Below, piece by piece: positions 37,781-47,974 of a stretch of DNA of 64,000 nt. Position numbers and translations under genes: made by a program. Each line of letters begins with the position of its first letter. The stretch's first letter is position 1. The notes beneath the pieces are model-generated. The model searched no databases. It saw only the letters and a list, made by a program, of their open reading frames with translations, and had not been told where the DNA came from. This stretch comes from Octopus sinensis (taxonomy: Eukaryota), in assembly GCF_006345805.1 (NCBI RefSeq), contig NC_043007.1, positions 73,408,001-73,472,000 of the forward strand, written 5' to 3'.

Positions 37781-40700
37781 ATGTTCTTCACAAATTTTGC
37801 AGAACTTTCTGAACTATCACTCTTCAAGATAACTACGTCATATTGCCATGTAAAGCTATCACACTTACTAGGCATCGTTTTGCATTCCACACTGTACTCA
37901 AAACCACTCTCCAACATCACTCAGTCCTATGTTCACCCAGATACCAAGTATTACATGTCACTGTTCTAGCCTAACAATCACCAGAGAGTGTTCCTTTCAT
38001 TGCCCCCAGATTACCAGAGGCTAAACACGTTACGAATGCTGTCCCTCATGTACATGATTTTTGAAAATGCTTCCCCAAGACTTAAGAAATAGCATGATCA
38101 AATCCAATATTGAGATAATGGCTGTGAAGGTCAAGTGCTGAACTCCTGACCAGATGACCAAATAACTTATAATTACAGGCATTGTAGCCCACCCTATAAA
38201 AAGATGCAGGAGTCAGTTAGATGCAGGAGTATGTAATCACACTTACATGAAGATTGGTGAAAAACCATGCTACCAATGCAAGCATAGAAAATTAACAGAA
38301 AAGAAATAGAAAACTCCAATACAAGCCTTATATTGACCAACCATTAAATTCCAATAATTTACAATATTTTAAGTAGCCTAGTCTATAGATAAGGTGTTTA
38401 TAGAAGAGGGGTTCACTTTCAAAATGTTTAAATTTTCAATTTTTCTATGTTGGTGAGAGATGAAGTTTGGTCAACACTTAGCACAAGCTCTTTGCAATAC
38501 CTAACGTCTTCAAACTTCTCTAATTCTTGTAAATAGTCTGAATTCAGTTCCAGAATTATAACACTATACTTCTTTAAGTTGATTCATATAGTATGTCCAT
38601 CAAATAAGTAAAACCCTTAGTAAGATTCTTCTACAGCATATATATATATCTCACTACCTCCAAAATCATTAACTGGTATATCACCTGGAAAAGACTTGCA
38701 GTAAACTATCTGAACAAATTAGATTATTCATGTTGGTAACTTCTCCATAGTACTTGGTATAGGCTATAATAGTTCCTACACCAAGGAATCTTCAAGAATG
38801 GACAAGATTAACACTGTAGAGAGAGTAAACTATCTGTACACACTGAAAATTTAAATTCTTCATTGAATAAAATTCAATAATTATTGTTACTTTCACTAGA
38901 AAAATAATTTACCTGGACTTCATAAGGTTTGATTTAAGTACATTTATACTTTTATTAATAAATTCTTTTTCATATAATGAGCTTGCTTAATGCAAATTCA
39001 TACATCTAAGTTGTCTTACAATATTCTGGACTTAATCCTCACTAAATGCTACCTTTCCTAACAATGCATCTAAGTTTTTCAAAAATTGTCATTTGTTTAA
39101 CGCCTAACATTCTTAAAACTGCTTCTTTAATCATAAATCTGATCTGAGTTTTATAATATACTGACTAAAAGTTAGAATCCCACCACATTGAATATTATAG
39201 AATATCCCTTGATGAAGTGTAATGTATGGGAGATTAAAACAGATGCATTTAAATTATGGTTCAACTATTAGAAATACTTTGAGCTCAGCCCAATGACTAA
39301 ACTTTGTTTTGAAATCCAGTTAAATTTTTGAAGTAAATAAAAGCGATTCTCTCTCTCTTTCATTATATATGTATGTGTGTGAGAGAGAGAGAGAGAGAGC
39401 ATAAAAGCAATGACTGGCCCAGATAAGCTGTACATATGAAGAAAAAAAAAAAAAAAAAAAAAGGACACTTGTGAAAACATTATCTGATAGACTGCAGAAG
39501 AGGACTTTTAAGCAAATTTAAAACACTGGTTCTTAATTATAAATCCAAAAGTGAATCGATTAAAAACTGGAATAAATCAGAAACTGGAAGTAAATTTCTT
39601 GTATAACTTTCTTGTAATAACTTGAGGGTGGGGAGGTGGAAACATTTGGCAATGTTAGAAGGGAATCCAACTGCAGACCCCTACCACTTTTTTTTAATAC
39701 AAAAGGAATATAACTGTCAATATAATAATGACATTACCTGTTTTTCCATATAAATCTGCCACAAGACTGGAGAATTTGAGGGCTAATATTTCTATGACTG
39801 ATCCCTCTATTGTAAGATTTCATTACTACACATCCAAACCAAAGCTTACACCAAATTAACATCAACCAATAGCTATCGTTAGCATATTATATGTTGATAA
39901 CCAGCTTAGCCCTGCATATATTTTGCTAATAATTTTGAGTGTTCCTTTATAAATTCACACATAAAATCCCTGCCAAATTAACCCCCACACACACACACAC
40001 ACTGAAACATACCCAAAGTGTTATTACTCTCCAATTGCTACTCTCAACCTTTCTAAGTACCTCATATCAGATGATTTTTAAAAAATAATTTGAAGTGTCC
40101 GGAGGATAAATACCAACTAGACACAATTTAAGTTTTTGGGGAAAAACCCCTCTAAAACATGGAATATGTTATAAAAAAAGATTTTTTTTTGTGTTAAAAG
40201 GCAAGGAGCATAACAGGAGACAATATGTTGGATGCAGTGAGAGGCAGGATGAGATAGATAAATGGAATGAGATGGCAGCAGACAGTTCATTCATATTGAA
40301 GTTGTTTTTTTTAAAGCAACACATTCAACAGCCAAATTCTTTTTGTAGTTCTTAAATCTATGAGGATCAATTTGTTAATCTATTTGTATTCAGCTGAGTA
40401 CACTTCTATTATCTAAAGTTACACTATCTTGTAGCTTTATTGTAATATTCTTCTCCCTTCATAGCCTGATTAGCTGAGTCTCAAAGAACATTCTAACTCA
40501 GATTTATGATTTAGACACTGAAAAACTGCTGAAAAACTTGGATGTAAAGTCAGGGAAGATGATATATTCAGTGAAGGATAATGGTTGAATCCCAAAATGT
40601 TCTGAAGCAGTTTTGAGACTGATCAATTTTACAGTATAATCGTTTATTAAACCACATGAATAAAGTACGATTTAACTTTAGTTGAGAACCTCTTAGGTCA

Positions 40701-41412
40701 TGTCCAGATATCTCTGAAAAGTTATTCAAGCTGGTATATTAGTCAGTGAGAATAACGTTTCTAAACTATTTGAAGAAATAAATGATTAACTAAGAAACTA
40801 ATGCACTATTAATCTATTCTAATATTCTGACATCTCAGAAGCTTTCCTTGAAAATCCGCAACTTTTTATTGTCTTCAAATTCTCAAGTGCCTTATATCAC
40901 TACAGTCAACCTTTTACTAGCTTTTACTTATAAGCACACTTTGTTCAGAAACCTTGTGTTATGTTCCAGCTACATTTCTCTCAAGACATCCTATTTTGGA
41001 CCAATTTTAATTCTAACAGAACATATTCCTTCACTTCTACAAGGAAAAATATAATCACCAAAATATCAAAGTACCAACTAATTTTTTTCTTATTCGAAAC
41101 ATAACATCCAAAAAAGCATTCAAAAAATACCACCACATAACAGAAATTAAAGGTAAAACTTAAATTGCTGACCAGCTGAATAATGGATTTGTGTAAAAAA
41201 TAAAGTGACTAGCTTCAAACATTACATATACAAGCATGCATGTATACCCATTCACCCAGAAATATTTAGATATGTTTAAGAAATAGGGAAACACATCAAA
41301 GAGAACAAAGCAGGGAAAGATTAATGATAGCAGCTGCATTCCCCATTTAGGTAAGCACATTAGCCCCCCTGACTTACCCGGTTCTCCGGGTCCACAGGAC
41401 TAGTCACCTAGT

Positions 41413-43665
41413 TTAATAGTCTCTCTTTTGCCTTCGACCAAATTCTTCATATGGAGCGTAGTAACTTACTTTGGTGGGACCAATCTTGCTACGGCCCTGC
41501 CTTCGCATGTTACGGCGCTCTCGGTCAAATTCCAAATCTTCCAACCGCTGTGTTAGTACTAATTTTTGTTGTATCGCCATACGAAGTAAGGAATTTAAAG
41601 TCTTTTTCTCCTCCTCTGCAGCAACAAGCTGCCTTTGCATTTCATCAAGCTGAGTCACATACTCATCACAGCGCTGCGCAAACATGGCACGTAAGGAAGC
41701 AAATGTTGCAGCATCTTCTTTAAGTGCCTTCAGTTCATTTCTTAACTTCATCATAGTGTCTGTTACTATTACTTTCTCATTCTCATACTTCTGTTTCAAA
41801 TTAGCTAAGGCGATCTCAGCAGTGGATTTATTTGCTTTTAATACACTACGTAAAGTAGCAATTTGTTCACGTTTGGTTGATAACATAGCTTTCAGTTTCA
41901 CTATCTGTTCTTGTAGTTCTTTAACATCAGTGTTTTCATTATCTCCACCCTCTCGCTGCCTAGTCACTAGCAGATGGTCAACAGCACGCCTCAAATACTT
42001 TATTTGGTCCAAAACAGTTTCGACTAACTTTCCACAAGAGGTAGGATCTCCTGCTCCCTTCAAATCCTGGCTGACAAGGTCTTTTGTTTTCTTTTGAGCT
42101 TGTGAACCAGTTTCAGCATTTTCTACATTATTTACTTCATTCGTCTTTTGAGAGGCTTCAGCTTTCTCCTCACTTCCTTCTCGTACATTATCTGGTCGAG
42201 ACATCTGTGCTGCACTTTTGGCATGATCAAGCATAACTCTGCTTGGTAGCTCACCATTGACTTCACAAACCAAGTGATAGAGCTGAGCCATCTCCTCTGT
42301 AATATGAACCAATTGATCTTGGGTAACACTCAGTTTACCTTGGGCACTGTCTGCCGAGTCAGTCATTCCAGACAGTTCCTTCTGTAAACTTTTTATTGTT
42401 TCTTCATATTCCATGACAGTTTCATTAAGGCTAGATAATTTCTCCTTCACCTCAGGATCAATTGATTTGTTACTGTCAGCAATTTGTATTCTTTCTTGAA
42501 GACAAGAAATTTCTGCTTGCAAATTACTAATTTGTTTCAAGGCTGCAGTATAATTCTTTTCGTTAATTCTGTAGTTATGCTTTAAGAGCAGAAGTTCTTT
42601 CTTTTCTTGGTCAGTTTCATTCTGAATCTCAGCAATATCTTCTTCAGTAAGTTCTCCTTCAGATAAAGTAATATCGGCTTCACTAATATTTGCTATTGCA
42701 CTCATGTGTGACTTCAGTTGAGCAGCCCGTTCTTTCTGTTCAACAAGATCTTTCTGAGTATCTTGCATTATCTTTTGAGCTTCATCCAAACCTTTCTGAA
42801 GTTCCATTTTCTCACTCTCACTCTGGTCAAGTAGCTGCTGTAATTTCTGTACTTCAGTCATATGGATTTCACTAAGTAAATCATTAACACTGGCTGGGGC
42901 AGGCTTAGGAATAATACTTTCTTTTTGAGGTTGTACAAAGTCTGCTTCTAATCGCTTAAGTGCAGGGTGATCTTGAGATTCACTTTCATCATCATTAGTT
43001 TCTCGATGACTACTGTTAAGATTAAGATCATGGTTATTGCTAAATTTAAGTCCATCACTCAAGCCACCAATGTGAGCCAAATTACTTAAATTGAACATAG
43101 ACTCACGTGTTAAATGGTGATCAAGCTCCTTCTTTAACATGTGTTTTTGCTCTCTTTCTTGCTGGAGAGAATTCAGAGCCTCTTCAAGATTTCTTTCTAT
43201 AATTTTTTTAAGATTTTTCGTTTCCTCTAACTCTGTATTTAAATCATCTGTTTCCTCTTGAAGAGCTCTTTTTTCATGTTTTAAAGCTTCATAGTCCACC
43301 TGACTTTGTCGCAACTGAGACAACTGTTTCTGAAGGTTTATATTTTCATCCTCCAGTTCAGCATAATCAGCAAGGTTACGATTTTCTCGAACCTTATATT
43401 CTTTTATTTCATTTCTCAGTTGTTTACGTTGAAGTTCTAAAGCTTCCATTTGTTGCTGACTCTCATTAACCAATGCATTGAGCCGCTCATTTTCACATGT
43501 GATGCGATCATAAGCAGCTTTGATAGATTTAAGCTCAGTTTCAAGCTCACCAATGGTACCCCGGTACTGGTCTTCCAAAGAAAGGGTCTCCTGAAGAAAT
43601 CGTTCTTCATGTCGTATACCCACTTCATGTTGCTTTCTGTAAGTGGATTGATGTTTACTCAAAGC
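41413..43665 (-). CDS. BicD: Bicaudal-D homologue, large coding exon 2 (750 aa in the unspliced/read-through form; full protein about 836 aa)
   Basis: Acceptor ttttttcactttag|GCT TTG at 43666/43665, in phase with exon 1. Long heptad coiled coil with BicD motifs (LADYAELEDENINLQKQ; LKAMLSTKREQIATLRSVLKANKSTAEIALANLKQKYENEK; LKEDAATFASLRAMFAQRCDEY; LRMAIQQKLVLTQRLEDLE). Stop TAA at 41413. Confidence 0.97.
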   Translation of the reverse strand, partial: ALSKHQSTYRKQHEVGIRHEERFLQETLSLEDQYRGTIGELETELKSIKAAYDRITCENERLNALVNESQQQMEALELQRKQLRNEIKEYKVRENRNLADYAELEDENINLQKQLSQLRQSQVDYEALKHEKRALQEETDDLNTELEETKNLKKIIERNLEEALNSLQQEREQKHMLKKELDHHLTRESMFNLSNLAHIGGLSDGLKFSNNHDLNLNSSHRETNDDESESQDHPALKRLEADFVQPQKESIIPKPAPASVNDLLSEIHMTEVQKLQQLLDQSESEKMELQKGLDEAQKIMQDTQKDLVEQKERAAQLKSHMSAIANISEADITLSEGELTEEDIAEIQNETDQEKKELLLLKHNYRINEKNYTAALKQISNLQAEISCLQERIQIADSNKSIDPEVKEKLSSLNETVMEYEETIKSLQKELSGMTDSADSAQGKLSVTQDQLVHITEEMAQLYHLVCEVNGELPSRVMLDHAKSAAQMSRPDNVREGSEEKAEASQKTNEVNNVENAETGSQAQKKTKDLVSQDLKGAGDPTSCGKLVETVLDQIKYLRRAVDHLLVTRQREGGDNENTDVKELQEQIVKLKAMLSTKREQIATLRSVLKANKSTAEIALANLKQKYENEKVIVTDTMMKLRNELKALKEDAATFASLRAMFAQRCDEYVTQLDEMQRQLVAAEEEKKTLNSLLRMAIQQKLVLTQRLEDLEFDRERRNMRRQGRSKIGPTKVSYYAPYEEFGRRQKRDY

Positions 43666-44049
43666 CTAAAGTGAAAAAACAAAAAGTTAAATGAAAGTCA
43701 TTTTGTATATAAAAATGGGAATTAACAGGTCAAAGTTTAAAATTAACAAATGTTCCTGAAACACAATCAAAGGTGACAATTTTAATATCTGATTTGTGTT
43801 GGGCCCAATGCCCTCACATCTAACAATAACTATTTACATAATTTTCTCCTATCTCCATCACCAGTCCAATCCTTTACCACTGTACTTTGAGGGGATATAC
43901 TAATACATATACACGACTCCTCTATCTCCATCTCCCTTATTCAACTGTATCTCTACAGCAAGAAACCCATCTATCTCACTTATTGTTTTTACCTCATCAA
44001 CTGGTACAAAGCCATTCCCTCAATACAACTCTTCCCAGTTGAGGGGACC

Positions 44050-44248
44050 ATTACTTAGTGACACTGTTGGTGCCACAAAAATATTCATTCAATACACATT
44101 GTAAAGTGGTTGTGTTAGAAGAGCATCCAGCCAGAGAAACCATACCAAAACAGACAATAGAACTTGGCACAGCCCTCTAGCTTGTACCAGCTCTTGGCAA
44201 ACCATCCAACCCATGCCAGCATGGAGAATTGATGTTAAATTATGACTA
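44050..44248 (+). mobile_element. SINE family C
   Basis: gtggttgtgttagaagagcatccagcc..aacccatgccagcatgg. Confidence 0.7.
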
Positions 44249-44659
44249 CATCAGCAACTAAGTTCAATTAATATTATTTATGTGCTAACATTTTCTTTTG
44301 ATGCTTTACTCTACTTTAGCATTTTACAAGCAAAGCAATTTATTTAAGCTCTTATGTATATTGGATTTATAAGTTGTGCCTTCATAGAGTCACAGTGAAT
44401 ATGTGGTTGCTTATGAAATCTCAATGGAGGACTGAAGTTCAGCTGATACTTTTTCTTCCATGAAAACAAAACAAAGGTTTATACGTAGTGTCGGCTAAAA
44501 CCAGTAGATATATTCCATGAAACAATATAAAATTCATGAAGTGTCCAAAATTAGTTAACTGAAAATGGGACAGATCAAAATAGTGATGACTATTTAGATG
44601 TTTAACTCAACTGCTAGTGGTTATTGTTATCCATAGACAAAAAGATTAAATATATTGGT

Positions 44660-44865
44660 TTTATGCTTTGGCACAAGGCCAGTAGTTTCAGGAGAGGGGT
44701 AAATTGATTACATCGACCCCAGTTTTCAAATTATTATTTAATCGATCCTGAAAGGATGAAAGGCGAAGTCAACCTTGACAGAATTTGAATGCAGAATGTA
44801 AAGATGGATGAAATGCCACTAAGTATTTTGCTCAGCATGCTAATGGTTCTGCCAGCTCATTACCT
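44660..44865 (-). mobile_element. SINE family A
   Basis: atcgatcctgaaaggatgaaaggcgaagtcaacc. Confidence 0.75.
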
Positions 44866-44964
44866 TAAGAAAATAAAACATTGAAAACTATTTACATTAG
44901 AAAGGAACTGCATGCAACATTGCAATCTTAACATCGCTTTTTCTACTTTAAATGTTTCCAAATT

Positions 44965-45180
44965 GTGATCATCTTTGAGTGTCCATATTCCATGCTTGGT
45001 ATGGGTTGGAAGGTTTGACAAGACTCAATAGATCAGAAGACTGTGTCAAGTTCCAATCGCATATTTCAGTTTCTGTAACTAGTTGGACGCCCCTCCTAAC
45101 ACTAAACACTTTACAGTGTACTGTACTTTTCATGTCACTGTCACCAGTGAGGTAACCAAGTAGTTTGCAAGACAAGACCC
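44965..45180 (-). mobile_element. SINE family C
   Basis: tccatgcttggtatgggttgga..ggacgcccctcctaacac. Confidence 0.65.
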
Positions 45181-46774
45181 CTTAGCACTGCATGTATTTT
45201 ACATGCTGATTAAGACTGAGTTTGGCTATGCAGCTGGGTAAAGCTTTTGAATGTAAAGAACCGTGTGCAGCAACTATGGTTGGGATAAATACAATATGAC
45301 AATTAATAATGGTGCTTAATGTAAACACACTCACTTGATGACCAATATAATACAAACTGATGATACTTTGCTACAGCAATATGAAACTTTGGACATCAAT
45401 AGTAAAAACATAGAACATCTCTGTTTATATCAATATCAGGAATTATGACCACACAGATAATTTTGGTAATGGCAAAACTTGAAATGGAAATATTTTATCA
45501 GCATAAGATCTGTGATAATGTCATTAGCTACTCATCAAAAGGTATTGCTTCTTGTTGAAAGCATTAGACTGTTATCACAACATAAAAATCTGGATTCAAA
45601 GGTATTCTCATAAATTACACAAGGCAGCTCATTTTTATGAATTTGAAACAGTTAAATGGAGTTAAGGATACTAATGTCGTTTAGAAAAGGTTTTTGTCAG
45701 GAGTAAATAGCTCTCTCCTTTGAGCTCTTTCAGATATGTATAATTTTACTAAATTAGATTTAAGGCTGTCACATCAGATAGAAATGTGTTGGAGTTACAA
45801 TAAATACATCAATGGGTTTAAGGTGGTTATGTCTTCCACACTGGGTTTCAGAGAGCAACTGTACATGTTGGAAATGACATTGATATATGTATTGGCACTA
45901 TAATTGTTGAAAGTAAATGAAAATCCTTAAAAAATTTGGAATTATCAAAAATGGGAATCAAACTAAGTGTGCTAAAGACTAATGAATTGACTTGGGGTGG
46001 GTTGGGGTAGACAAAGAGTATATCACCAGTTCATTTAGTAGCTAAGACTGTTTTCCTGGCCTTGGCAATCACAATTGGAAAATATATTGATCAGTAGATT
46101 ACATGTTGCTACAGGTCTCAAATGTATCAGTTGCACAGGGAGTTTAAAAAAAGAGGTTGGGGAATAAATCGGATTAGTTTAAAAGTCACCAATTAAGATT
46201 TATGAGGTTATAAAAAAAAATACTAATGAAGAATAGTTTTACAAAAAAAACCATCTTGTATTATATTTTCTAAAAGAATTAACCTTAAAGGAAACAAGAT
46301 ACTTGAAAAATATACTTTCTGCTTGGTTGGAAACTGATCTCAGAACTTAGACCATTAGGATTTTTAATACAAAAATTGTTTTACTGAAAGTAACATTTGT
46401 ATATATTTTAAAATGAGCCTTATGTCATTTGATTATGAAATATATTATATAAAGTGATCTCAAATATCATGTTGGTGCATTCTCACAACTGGAATTTATG
46501 AATGTTGTTTTGGATAACACAGTCATGTAGACAATGTAATAAACAGTTTACTTGGTATATCAAGAGGGATTTTTAAAAATTAGAAAATTCATTTAAGTCA
46601 TTGAAAAAATAAGTCAGTCAAATATAAGGTGTCATAGGGAACTGATTGGTATTAGAAGTTACAGAATGTAAATATACCAGATACCTGACATGTTGGAATA
46701 AAACCAAAATTTGTACAGTGCACACATGGCCTAAACAAAGGATGGCGACCTGTATATAGATCATGCTTATTGTT

Positions 46775-46905
46775 ATTGTTTAACATCCTCCTTCCAGGCT
46801 GGCATGGGTTTTAACGGTTTGACAGGAGCTGGCTGAGCAGGAGCCTGTGCCATGCTTCCGTGTTTTGACATCGTTTTTATGGCTGGATGCCCTTCATAAC
46901 ACCAA
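46775..46905 (-). mobile_element. SINE family C
   Basis: atggctggatgcccttcataacacc. Confidence 0.65.
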
Positions 46906-47006
46906 TAACAGATTTACAATTTCACTGAAAAATGCCTTAAGATATTCACTTTGATGATGTCTACTGTTTAAAAAGTTAGTGCATATTTGAATAACCTGCT
47001 TTGGAT

Positions 47007-47974
47007 TGATCAGACATTTAGAAGGCATCTTGAATGATCAGACATTTAGAAGGCATCTTGAATGATCAGACATTTAGAAGGCATCTTGAATGATCAGACA
47101 TTTAGAAGGCATCTTGAATGATCAGACATTTAGAAGGCATCTTGAATGATCAGACATTTAGAAGGCATCTTGAATGATCAGACATTTAGAAGGCATCTTG
47201 AATGATCAGACACTTAGAAGGCATCTTGAATGATCAGACACTTAGAAGGCATCTTGAATGATCAGACATTTAGAAGGCATCTTGAATGATCAGACACTTA
47301 GAAGGCATCTTGAATGATCAGACACTTAGAAGGCATCTTGAATGATCAGACATTTAGAAGGCATCTTGAATGATCAGACATTTAGAAGGCATCTTGAATG
47401 ATCAGACATTTAGAAGGCATCTTGAATGATCAGACATTTAGAAGGCATCTTGAATGATCAGACATTTAGAAGGCATCTTGAATGATCAGACATTAGAAGG
47501 CATCTTGAATGATCAGACACTTAGAAGGCATCTTGAATGATCAGACACTTAGAAGGCATCTTGAATGATCAGACACTTAGAAGGCATCTTGAATGATCAG
47601 ACTTTAGAAGGCATCTTGAATGATCAGACACTTAGAAGGCATCTTGAATGATCAGACATTTAGAAGGCATCTTGAATGATCAGACACTTAGAAGGCATCT
47701 TGAATGATCAGACACTTAGAAGGCATCTTGAATGATCAGACATTTAGAAGGCATCTTGAATGATCAGACATTTAGAAGGCATCTTGAATGATCAGACATT
47801 TAGAAGGCATCTTGAATGATCAGACATTTAGAAGGCATCTTGAATGATCAGACATTTAGAAGGCATCTTGAATGATCAGACATTTAGAAGGCATCTTGAA
47901 TGATCAGACATTTAGAAGGCATCTTGAATGATCAGACATTTAGAAGGCATCTTGAATGATCAGACATTTAGAAG
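47007..47974 (+). repeat. 28-bp minisatellite/VNTR, about 34.5 near-identical copies (TGATCAGACA(T/C)TTAGAAGGCATCTTGAA), in BicD intron 1
   Basis: Units are contiguous with no spacers; one T/C variant position; two units carry 1-nt deletions. Confidence 0.97.

Noticed and set aside
41451-43674. Plus-strand and alternative-frame ORFs overlapping BicD exon 2
   Set aside because: Antisense shadows of a strongly coding exon; no recognisable products.
47007-47974. 28-bp repeat array resembling a CRISPR repeat length
   Set aside because: Units are head-to-tail with no unique spacers, there are no cas genes, and the context is a eukaryotic intron: this is a minisatellite.
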